Below, piece by piece: positions 1 to 9,100 of a stretch of DNA of 64,000 nt; within the stretch, counting starts at the first letter, position 1; each line of letters starts with the position of its first letter. Position numbers and translations under genes: made by a program. Origin of the DNA: Rickettsiales bacterium (GTDB lineage Bacteria > Pseudomonadota > Alphaproteobacteria > Rickettsiales > UBA1997); assembly GCA_947442475.1 (NCBI GenBank), contig CANEVP010000003.1:17204-81203 (forward strand). The letters are read 5' to 3'. Under the pieces are notes generated by a model that saw only the letters and a list, made by a program, of their open reading frames with translations, searched no databases and was not told where the DNA came from.

Positions 1-1629
1 TCGGCAACTGAAACCACGCGTGGCGGAAAATATATTTTGCCATGTTTAAGACTGCTTTCTTCTGATTTAGTGATTGATGAAATTGACGATTTTAACGAAA
101 AAGATTTGATCGCAATTGGTCGCCTAATTCATTTAGCTGCAATGCTGGGGCGCAAAGTTATGATTTCTTCTGCAACTATTCCGCCAAGCCTAGCTGAAGG
201 ATTTTTTAACACTTATCAAGAAGGCTGGAAAATTCACGCTAACTTCAAGCAAGCCAATCAAAACATTGCTTGCGCTTGGATTGATGAGTTTAATTCAGAA
301 GTTGAGTTGATTGATAAAAACGAATCTTTGGCTGCTTGCGATTCATACAAAAATTTCCATCAAAAATTTATCGCCAAACGCATTGCAAATCTTGAGAAAC
401 AGCCAGCAAGGCGCAAAGGATTTATTGTTAAAGTTGATGAATTGTTATCTGACAAAACCGATCAGCAAAAAAAATATTTCGAAAAAATAAGACAAACCGC
501 CGTCAAACTTCACCAGCAGCACAATATTGTTGATGCGACAACTGGAAAGCTGGTTTCGTTTGGAGTAATTCGCACCGCGAATATTCCGCCATGTGTTGAG
601 CTAGCTCGTTATTTATTGGAAGCGCCTTGGGAAGAAAATTTTGCGCCAAAAATTATGGCTTACCACAGTCGGCAAGTTTTGTTGCTACGCCACGAGCAAG
701 AAAAACATTTAGATAAAGTTTTGAAGCGCAAAGAAAAACCAGAAGAAATTCCTCAAGCTCTTAAAAATAAAATTATTCGAGCGCACATTGATTCAACAAC
801 TGCAAAAAATGTGATGTTTATTTTGGTGGCAACGCCAGTTGAAGAAGTTGGTCGCGATCATGATTTTGATTGGGCAATTGTTGAACCATCTTCTTATCGC
901 TCAATCATTCAACTTTCTGGGCGCGTGCGCCGTCATCGCAAAGTTGAAATAGATGAGCCAAATGTGGCGGTGATGCAATATAATTTGCGAGCTTTGAGAC
1001 AAAATGGAAAAGCTGAAACACCAGCATTTTGCCGCCCGGGATATGAAACAAGCAACTCGCTAAAGCTAAATCACCACAATCTTTGCAAATTGATTGACGA
1101 AACAATTTTAGAAAAAAGCATCAACGCCATTCCAAGAATCACCCAGCCAAAAAATCTTAATCCGAAAGAAAATTTGTCTGATCTTGAGCATCAAGCCATG
1201 CAAAATGTTTTAACTAGTTACAACAAAACTGGGCCAAAAAATTTACAAGCTTGGCTAACTGAAAGCTGGTGGCTAACCGCTTTGCCCCAACAGCTAAATC
1301 GCTTCAGAGAAAGCGCGCCCGAAACAAAATTATTTTTGGTTTGGAAGGAAGGAAAATTAGAATTTTGTGAAAAGACCGAAAGCGGCGAATTTATTAATCG
1401 CGAGCTAATTCACGACATCAAAAAACTGCCTAAAATTTCAGAAGAGCTTTCTAAAAAATTATGGCTAGAAAGAAATTACTCAGAGCTTTTAGAAAAATAT
1501 GTTGATGAAGATGGTGGCAATTTAAACAAAGAAGATTTGATGAATAAAAAATCAAAAAAATACGGAGAGATAAATATTGGACCACAAGGCAAGTATTCTT
1601 ACAGCGACCAGTTAGGAATGTGGAAATAA
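1..1629 (+). CDS. cas3: Cas3 helicase, C-terminal part (type I-F Cas3f/Cas2-3 expected); the 5' end lies outside the window
   Basis: The frame is open from nt 1 (SATETTRGGKYILPCL...). It has a DExD-like box VIDEIDDF and a helicase motif VI-like IIQLSGRVRRHR. It lies directly upstream of csy1-4 and a type I-F array. Confidence 0.85.
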   Translation, partial: SATETTRGGKYILPCLRLLSSDLVIDEIDDFNEKDLIAIGRLIHLAAMLGRKVMISSATIPPSLAEGFFNTYQEGWKIHANFKQANQNIACAWIDEFNSEVELIDKNESLAACDSYKNFHQKFIAKRIANLEKQPARRKGFIVKVDELLSDKTDQQKKYFEKIRQTAVKLHQQHNIVDATTGKLVSFGVIRTANIPPCVELARYLLEAPWEENFAPKIMAYHSRQVLLLRHEQEKHLDKVLKRKEKPEEIPQALKNKIIRAHIDSTTAKNVMFILVATPVEEVGRDHDFDWAIVEPSSYRSIIQLSGRVRRHRKVEIDEPNVAVMQYNLRALRQNGKAETPAFCRPGYETSNSLKLNHHNLCKLIDETILEKSINAIPRITQPKNLNPKENLSDLEHQAMQNVLTSYNKTGPKNLQAWLTESWWLTALPQQLNRFRESAPETKLFLVWKEGKLEFCEKTESGEFINRELIHDIKKLPKISEELSKKLWLERNYSELLEKYVDEDGGNLNKEDLMNKKSKKYGEINIGPQGKYSYSDQLGMWK

Positions 1630-1678
1630 TATTTCTAAAATTTGCATTTTCTAATCAACAACAAACACCACAAAACCC

Positions 1679-2092
1679 ATGGAACAAAATCTTGATCAAT
1701 GGAACGATCTAAAGAAAAAGTTAAATATTCAGCCTAAATCACCAAGTTTTGAAGAGCGTGAAATTTGGTGGTGCAGTATAGGTTTAAATGTTGGGCATGA
1801 AGAAAATGGTAAAAGCGAACTTTTTAGTCGGCCAGTTTTAGTGGTCAGAAAGTTCAACCGACATATTTTTTTGGGAATTCCTTTAACCAGTAAAATTAAA
1901 GAATATCACAAGTTCTATCATAAAATTCATTTCAAAGATAAAGAGCAGAGCGTGATGTTGTCTCAGGCAAGAGTTTGGGAAAGTAAAAGACTGACTAGAA
2001 TAAAAGGGAAATTGTCGGCGGAACAGTTCAAAGAGATAAGAATCTTACTTAGTAAGATTGTGCTGGGAGATTATCCAGCCTCTCATTTCTGA
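1679..2092 (+). CDS. MazF/PemK-family endoribonuclease-like toxin, solitary (no adjacent antitoxin ORF)
   Basis: 137 aa. By eye it is collinear with the MazF core: EIWWCSIGLNVGHEENG..RPVLVV..FLGIPLTSK..LSQARVWESKRL..GKLSAEQFKEIRILLSKIV, compared with E. coli MazF GDLIWVDFDPTKGSEQAGHRPAVVLS..VKSIAWRARGA..VAPEELQLIKAKI. The flanking gaps of 49 bp and 73 bp contain no ORF. Confidence 0.7.
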   Translation: MEQNLDQWNDLKKKLNIQPKSPSFEEREIWWCSIGLNVGHEENGKSELFSRPVLVVRKFNRHIFLGIPLTSKIKEYHKFYHKIHFKDKEQSVMLSQARVWESKRLTRIKGKLSAEQFKEIRILLSKIVLGDYPASHF

Positions 2093-2104
2093 GAGGCTGT
2101 TTGT
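2076..2104 (+). terminator. Rho-independent terminator-like hairpin overlapping the stop codon of the MazF-like gene
   Basis: CAGCCTCTCA-TTTC-TGAGAGGCTG forms a perfect 10-bp stem and is followed by TTTGT. Confidence 0.6.
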
Positions 2105-2165
2105 CCCTGATGGGAATTTGTACGTTCATGAAAAACCATAACCAAAAAATGTCAACCAAAGACTT

Positions 2166-3461
2166 ATGAAAAAAATAATCGAAGAATTTTTACTCGAGCG
2201 AAAAAACGCTAAAATTAAAGAAAAGGTAAAACCTGATCTTGCTGAAGATGAAAAACAAAAAATCTTGGATGAGCTAGAAGAGCAGTTTTCTTTGTCGGTT
2301 TGGTTGCTTGATGCTACTAAAAAAATCTCTTGGCTTACAATGTCTAGTCATCCAAGCAAATTCAGTCACCCTGACGCTAAAACCTCTCCAGTAATTGCTA
2401 AAAACAATAAAACAAATGACGGTTACTTGCGCAGCGGAAATGTTGATTACGAACTAGACTTTTCTGGAACTGCAGAGGCTTTAAATATTTCTAAATTTCT
2501 TACTTTAAAAACTGATGACGGAAAAACAATTCTAGATCATTTGGAAAGTGATAGCTCTGAAGCAAAAAAAACATTTTCCTTCCCGAACCTAAATTACGAA
2601 GAGTTAAAACAATCTCTGTTATCGATTAAACAATCTAACAATTCCAAAAAAACTGATCGCTTGGTTAAGCAAATTTATTTTCCTGTAAAAGAAGCTGAAT
2701 ACAACTACCACTTACTTTCAATTCTTACCCCGTCTGGCTTACTTGTCAGAGTTAAAGATAAAATTGAAGAAATCCGTTCTTCTGGAAAAATTAACGAAGC
2801 AAAAGAATTTTACCGAAAAAATGAATTACACGAGACTGAATACGATGACATATTTGGTTTGACAGTTATAGGTTATGGTGGAGCAAAGCCGTTAAATATT
2901 AGTTTGTTAAACAGCAAAAAAAATGGTAAATTCTATTTACTCCCAAGCCTTCCCCCAGAAATCAAAAAACGAGAAGTTCGCCTACCAACTCGCGATTTTT
3001 TTGAAAATAGTTTATGGGCAAAATCTTTCCGCACCAATTTTGAATTTCTTGATCGCCTCATTCAAAACAAAAGAAACAACGCCGATATTCGCGATCAAAT
3101 CAGCAAAACTTTAACTTACATTGCCGATCAAGTTTTGGAGACGGTTTTTAAAATAAGAGATTTCGAAGCGGGTTGGTCAAATAAAGAAAATTATCAGTCT
3201 CTTCCTTTAGCACAGCGCATTTGGCTTGATGACATAAATCTCGAGCAAAGAGAACAAGACGAAAATTGGCTTGAAGAAATTCTGGCCGATTTCACCAGAT
3301 GGGTCATTCGCACTTACGAATATTTATTCAAGGACACCTGCGAAAAAATGGGACCAGCCGAATTTGAGCACATCAAAAAAATCATCAAAGAAGCCATCAA
3401 TCTTTATCCTTCAAAAGATTGTTTGATTGAGCATAAAAAAACTAAGGAGCAGCCAAAATGA
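2166..3461 (+). CDS. csy1: Type I-F Cascade large subunit Csy1 (Cas8f)
   Basis: 431 aa. It is collinear with P. aeruginosa Csy1, including blocks LVKQIYFP, GGAKPLNISLLNS and YLLPSLPP. It is the first gene of the csy1-4 block. Confidence 0.9.
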   Translation: MKKIIEEFLLERKNAKIKEKVKPDLAEDEKQKILDELEEQFSLSVWLLDATKKISWLTMSSHPSKFSHPDAKTSPVIAKNNKTNDGYLRSGNVDYELDFSGTAEALNISKFLTLKTDDGKTILDHLESDSSEAKKTFSFPNLNYEELKQSLLSIKQSNNSKKTDRLVKQIYFPVKEAEYNYHLLSILTPSGLLVRVKDKIEEIRSSGKINEAKEFYRKNELHETEYDDIFGLTVIGYGGAKPLNISLLNSKKNGKFYLLPSLPPEIKKREVRLPTRDFFENSLWAKSFRTNFEFLDRLIQNKRNNADIRDQISKTLTYIADQVLETVFKIRDFEAGWSNKENYQSLPLAQRIWLDDINLEQREQDENWLEEILADFTRWVIRTYEYLFKDTCEKMGPAEFEHIKKIIKEAINLYPSKDCLIEHKKTKEQPK

Positions 3462-4339
3462 GAAGATTTTTACTAATTCCGCACCTAAAAATTCACAATG
3501 CCAATGCCATGAGCAGCCCCTACACAATTGGCTTTCCGGCAATGACAGCTTGGCTTGGCGCGGTTCACGCTTTGCAAAGAAAGCTTGATGAAAATGGTTT
3601 TGCCGAAGTGAAATTGCTGGGAGTGGCAATTTCTTGCCATGATCTGAATTTACAAACTTACAAAGGTCGTGGCGATTATGTTTCTTCAATTATCGCAACC
3701 GCCAATCCGCTTAACAAAGACGGCAGCCGACCAGCTTTCATTGAAGAAGCGCGTTGCCATTTAGAAGTTTCCTTGCTTGTAGAATATCAAGGCCTTAATC
3801 CAGATAATTTGGAAAAATTCAAAAATTTTATTGAGCAGCAATTACAAAAAATGAAATTTGCTGGCGGTGATGTTTTATCGTTTAAGCCAGTTAAAACAGA
3901 AAATGCTGATGAAGATGACGAAGCTTCGATAAAAAAAATTTTAAGAAAGTTGATGCTTGGCTTCGTAATAATTGAGCGCCGCGATTTAATAAAAAAATCG
4001 ATGGAAGACGGCAAAGACGCTTTAGAAGCTTTGCTCGATCACCTAAAAATTATGCACCGCTCCACCAAAAACGACCAAGATGAAGTAAGCTGGAATTCTT
4101 CAAAAAAAGAAGCTGGCTGGCTAGTTCCAATTGCCACAGGCTTTCAAGCAATTTCAGAAATTGGCTTTGCTAAAAACCAACGCGATTCAAAAACCCCACA
4201 CCGCTTCGCCGAAAGTGTTGTGACATTGGGTGAATTTGTAATGGCTCACCGAATTAAAAATTTAGACGACATGCTCTGGCAATATCATGTTGAACAAGAT
4301 TTATACCTTTGCCAAACCAACTTAAACTTAACTAAATAG
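3458..4339 (+). CDS. csy2: Type I-F Csy2 (Cas5f)
   Basis: 293 aa. The N-terminus LLIPHLKIHNANAMSSPYTIGFP..AVHALQRKL parallels Csy2 LLLPRLSIQNANAISSPLTWGFP..FVHALQRR. It overlaps csy1 by 4 nt. Confidence 0.9.
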   Translation: MRRFLLIPHLKIHNANAMSSPYTIGFPAMTAWLGAVHALQRKLDENGFAEVKLLGVAISCHDLNLQTYKGRGDYVSSIIATANPLNKDGSRPAFIEEARCHLEVSLLVEYQGLNPDNLEKFKNFIEQQLQKMKFAGGDVLSFKPVKTENADEDDEASIKKILRKLMLGFVIIERRDLIKKSMEDGKDALEALLDHLKIMHRSTKNDQDEVSWNSSKKEAGWLVPIATGFQAISEIGFAKNQRDSKTPHRFAESVVTLGEFVMAHRIKNLDDMLWQYHVEQDLYLCQTNLNLTK

Positions 4340-4347
4340 GAAAAATT

Positions 4348-5367
4348 ATGACTAAAAAAAATGACGCAACCGTTCTGGCTTTTGAAAAAAAATTAGTGCC
4401 ATCGGATGGCTATTTATACGGAACTAACTGGGAAGAGAAAAACTCTAAAAAAGGAGATGCATTAAAATTAAATGTAAAATCAGTGCGCGGAACTGTATCT
4501 CACAGATTAAAGAAAGTTACGGATAAGGATTTATTAAAATTGAATATGGATATAGCGGATCCAAATCCACAAACTGTTGACTCCTGCGCTCTTGGCGAAA
4601 ATCAAGACACTCTTTGCGTTAAATTCACTCTTAAAGTTTTAGGCGGAATTGAAAAACCATCAGCAAGCAACGGCAAAATTTTCAACGAATCTTACCCAAA
4701 AGTTGCCCAAGAATATGTTGAAAGAACTGGTTTCAAAGAATTGGCTCAACGCTACGCCACCAACATCGCCAATGCTCGTTTCTTGTGGCGCAATCGTGTT
4801 GGTGCTGAAAAAATTGAAGTTGTAGTAAAAATTGGCAATGACGAAACTTTAGTTTTTGATGCTAAAAAATTCTCAATAAATCAATTCGATTCCTCTGATT
4901 CAAAACTACAAATTTTAGCAGAAAAAATTGCGAATGCATTAAGCGGAAAAACAGAATATCTTTTACTTGATATTAATGCTTACGCTTTAGTTGGCAAAGC
5001 CCAAGAAGTTTATCCAAGCGAAGAGTTAGTTTTAGACAAAGGCAAAGGAGACAAGAGTAAAATTTTATATCATGTAAATAATGTTGCCGCAATGCACTCG
5101 CAAAAAATCGGCAATGCTTTGCGCACAATCGACACTTGGTATCAAGAATTTAGCGAAAATGGAAATTCTCCAATAGCAGCTGAGCCCTACGGAGCCGTAA
5201 CAAATTTAGGTAAAGCCTTCCGCAACCCAAGAGATAAATCTGACTTTTTCACTTTATTCGACCGCTTCGCTCTTGGTGAAAAATTAGCCAACGAAAACGA
5301 AGAGCATTACGTAATGGCTGTTTTGGTCCGTGGCGGCGTATTTGGCAAAAGTGGAAAAGAGGAGTAA
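4348..5367 (+). CDS. csy3: Type I-F Csy3 (Cas7f) backbone subunit
   Basis: 339 aa. It has the size and position of Csy3 between csy2 and csy4. Confidence 0.85.
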   Translation: MTKKNDATVLAFEKKLVPSDGYLYGTNWEEKNSKKGDALKLNVKSVRGTVSHRLKKVTDKDLLKLNMDIADPNPQTVDSCALGENQDTLCVKFTLKVLGGIEKPSASNGKIFNESYPKVAQEYVERTGFKELAQRYATNIANARFLWRNRVGAEKIEVVVKIGNDETLVFDAKKFSINQFDSSDSKLQILAEKIANALSGKTEYLLLDINAYALVGKAQEVYPSEELVLDKGKGDKSKILYHVNNVAAMHSQKIGNALRTIDTWYQEFSENGNSPIAAEPYGAVTNLGKAFRNPRDKSDFFTLFDRFALGEKLANENEEHYVMAVLVRGGVFGKSGKEE

Positions 5368-5370
5368 ACC

Positions 5371-6018
5371 ATGAAATTTTACCACGAAATCACAGTCATA
5401 CCAAATCCTGAAATTGGTGAACATTTCATCTGGTCTAAACTCTTCACCCAAATCCACTTAGCCTTGGTCTCCATCCAAGACGAGCAAAAAAAATCGCCAG
5501 TTGGAATTTCTTTTCCCGAATATTTCATGGGCGAAAAATTTGGCGTGATTGGCTCAAAACTGCGACTCTTTGCCCAAAGCGAGCCCGAGTTGCAAAAACT
5601 CGATATTCAAAAATGGCTTTCGCGTTTGACTGACTACATCCACATTTCAGCCATTCGCGAAGTTCCACAAAAAATCAGCGGATATGTCACCTACAATCGC
5701 CATCAGCCAAAAGTTAACAAAGAGCGGCTGATGCGCAGGCACCAAAAAAGGGAGGAAGGCTGGAAAAGCATTATTAACGATCCGCAATCAGAACCAGAAA
5801 AAATTGCCGCAGCGCAAAAAAAGTTGAGTGCAAGGCAACAGCGAATCAATAATTACAACAAAGAAAAAGCCGTCAAAGAGCCATTCATAAAGCTAAAAAG
5901 CCTTAGCAGCGAAAATGATTTTTGTCTGTGGATTAAAAAAACCGCAGCCACTGAGCCAAGTTACCAAAAATTTAGCACCTACGGCTTAAGCGGATTTTCT
6001 TCACTACCCGAATTTTAA
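5371..6018 (+). CDS. csy4: Type I-F Csy4 (Cas6f) pre-crRNA endoribonuclease
   Basis: 215 aa. MKFYHEITVIPNPEI..KLFTQIHLALV..VGISFPEY parallels Csy4 MDHYLDIRLRPDPEF..KLHQALV..IGVSFPD. It is the last gene before the array. Confidence 0.9.
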   Translation: MKFYHEITVIPNPEIGEHFIWSKLFTQIHLALVSIQDEQKKSPVGISFPEYFMGEKFGVIGSKLRLFAQSEPELQKLDIQKWLSRLTDYIHISAIREVPQKISGYVTYNRHQPKVNKERLMRRHQKREEGWKSIINDPQSEPEKIAAAQKKLSARQQRINNYNKEKAVKEPFIKLKSLSSENDFCLWIKKTAATEPSYQKFSTYGLSGFSSLPEF

Positions 6019-6150
6019 CCCAAATTTTTCACCAATTCCACGAAGCCAATAAAATCAAGCATCTGCAACTATCCAAAAAAACAATGGTCATTTAAATAAA
6101 AAACCCCCTCAAATCTTCACCCAACTAGCTTAGCAAGTTTTTCAGGTCAG
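6019..6150 (+). promoter_or_regulatory. CRISPR leader (AT-rich, between csy4 and the first repeat)
   Basis: This 132-bp non-coding A/T-rich stretch sits immediately 5' of repeat 1. The repeat orientation (3' handle CTTAGAAA) places the transcription start on this side. Confidence 0.7.
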
Positions 6151-9100
6151 GCGCGCTGCCGCACAGGCAGCTTAGAAAGCAAAATTAGCAACTTGCCACC
6201 CTGATTTACAGCGCGCTGCCGCACAGGCAGCTTAGAAAAATACTGATCTTCAAAAATCATGGCGCCGACAGCGCGCTGCCGCACAGGCAGCTTAGAAATT
6301 GATGACGGCTGACGAAATAGCAACAAGAGCGCGCGCTGCCGCACAGGCAGCTTAGAAAAGTTCTCGGATCAATCAATTCAAAGGTTTCTGGCGCGCTGCC
6401 GCACAGGCAGCTTAGAAAATCTGCAAATTCCACATCGCTTTTTTAACGCAGCGCGCTGCCGCACAGGCAGCTTAGAAAGTTAATAACTAGGTCATCATTC
6501 TTTGATAAACGCGCGCTGCCGCACAGGCAGCTTAGAAATTTTCTTGACGATCTGGCGTGTTTCATTTTGAGCGCGCTGCCGCACAGGCAGCTTAGAAAAG
6601 AGTTTGGCACCCAGATTTGATTTGGCAGTTGCGCGCTGCCGCACAGGCAGCTTAGAAATGAAAATCAAGATTTGCGAGTGCCGCGCCTGAGCGCGCTGCC
6701 GCACAGGCAGCTTAGAAACAAAAACAGCAGACGCAACCAAGCCCAGCCCAGGCGCGCTGCCGCACAGGCAGCTTAGAAATTTCTCGCTGAGTTGATTAAA
6801 ACTTGGAAACCGCGCGCTGCCGCACAGGCAGCTTAGAAACGCTGTCTTCTCTTGCATCAAGAATTGTTGAAGCGCGCTGCCGCACAGGCAGCTTAGAAAT
6901 TTGAAAAAGCAGGACTTGGCAAAGAAGAAATGCGCGCTGCCGCACAGGCAGCTTAGAAAGATTATATTCGGACAGCCAACGAAAATATTAAGCGCGCTGC
7001 CGCACAGGCAGCTTAGAAATCTGCTGTAAATCTCTTTTTTTCGCTGATCAAGCGCGCTGCCGCACAGGCAGCTTAGAAAGCAAGTATTGACTGCAAATCT
7101 TCTTTCGCGGCGCGCGCTGCCGCACAGGCAGCTTAGAAAGCAAGTATTGACTGCAAATCTTCTTTCGCGGCGCGCGCTGCCGCACAGGCAGCTTAGAAAG
7201 GCTCAAAATTCAATCCTAGGCGGTAAAGCGAGCGCGCTGCCGCACAGGCAGCTTAGAAATGACGCGGTTATTTTCTTTTGCGATCTTTTCGGCGCGCTGC
7301 CGCACAGGCAGCTTAGAAAAAATAGTGCAAAGAATCTATCTTCGAATGAAGGCGCGCTGCCGCACAGGCAGCTTAGAAAAAACTCTGGGGAGATAGTTAA
7401 GTTTTGTAAGTGCGCGCTGCCGCACAGGCAGCTTAGAAAGTTAACTACAACAATTCCAGCGGCGCAAGTTGGCGCGCTGCCGCACAGGCAGCTTAGAAAA
7501 TTGATGGTTTTTTCGTTTTTGAGACTGATGAGCGCGCTGCCGCACAGGCAGCTTAGAAATTAATCCAAGCCTTTCCCTCATTGCTTGAACGGCGCGCTGC
7601 CGCACAGGCAGCTTAGAAATCTATTTGAGCCAATGGAAACCGAGTATAACAGCGCGCTGCCGCACAGGCAGCTTAGAAACGCTTTTATCAATTCGTCAAA
7701 TATTTTGACAAGCGCGCTGCCGCACAGGCAGCTTAGAAATGTTTTCACGTCCAGTTGCAGCTTTACTCGGTGCGCGCTGCCGCACAGGCAGCTTAGAAAG
7801 ATTCTTTTGAATTTATTTGAGAAAGAGAAAAGCGCGCTGCCGCACAGGCAGCTTAGAAAAATGTTTGTGTAAACTAAAGCGATCGAATTTCGCGCGCTGC
7901 CGCACAGGCAGCTTAGAAATTCCTCGCTGAGTTGATTAAAACTTGGAAACCGCGCGCTGCCGCACAGGCAGCTTAGAAAAAGAAATTTTGATTAAATTCG
8001 GCACTTCTGAAGCGCGCTGCCGCACAGGCAGCTTAGAAAAAAATGTTTTGATACTTCTGTTTTTGCTAAAAGCGCGCTGCCGCACAGGCAGCTTAGAAAA
8101 ATCAAAGTTTTCACGTCTGGCGTAGTTTTCGGCGCGCTGCCGCACAGGCAGCTTAGAAAAGAAAAATATTTAGAAATCGCTCGTGATTTGCGCGCGCTGC
8201 CGCACAGGCAGCTTAGAAATTGCTGAATTACTGATCTAACTCTCCAGAGCGGCGCGCTGCCGCACAGGCAGCTTAGAAAGGTTACAATTTAGATAGTCAC
8301 AATCAGTTGGTGCGCGCTGCCGCACAGGCAGCTTAGAAATCAAATTTTAATCTTGTCACGATATTTCCGAAGCGCGCTGCCGCACAGGCAGCTTAGAAAT
8401 TCTGATCCAAAATTTTGGGAAAAATTATTGAGCGCGCTGCCGCACAGGCAGCTTAGAAATTCTCTTGCAAGAGTTCACGTAAAATTTCTTGGCGCGCTGC
8501 CGCACAGGCAGCTTAGAAATGCTTGAAAATACAAAACCCCTTCCAAATTCCGCGCGCTGCCGCACAGGCAGCTTAGAAACGCGAAGTCGAAGAAATGCGG
8601 GACGGGCGGCTGCGCGCTGCCGCACAGGCAGCTTAGAAATCTGACAATGAAAGAAAGAAAGCTTGTCAGCGGCGCGCTGCCGCACAGGCAGCTTAGAAAA
8701 AAGTCGCAACCCTCACCAAATCTGCAATACTGCGCGCTGCCGCACAGGCAGCTTAGAAATTACTTTTTTCTAAAATCGGATTAGTAATTGAGCGCGCTGC
8801 CGCACAGGCAGCTTAGAAACATTTGAATTAGAGTTTTCATTTTTTCCCCTTGCGCGCTGCCGCACAGGCAGCTTAGAAAGCGGGTTGGTTATTAGTTTAA
8901 ATTTTCATTAAGCGCGCTGCCGCACAGGCAGCTTAGAAAGTTAACGACCAACTGATTGTGACTATCTAAATGCGCGCTGCCGCACAGGCAGCTTAGAAAG
9001 CGCATGACTCGCGCGGATAAGTGGAAGAAACGCGCGCTGCCGCACAGGCAGCTTAGAAAATATCTTCGAATACTGAAACATTTTCACCTTGGCGCGCTGC

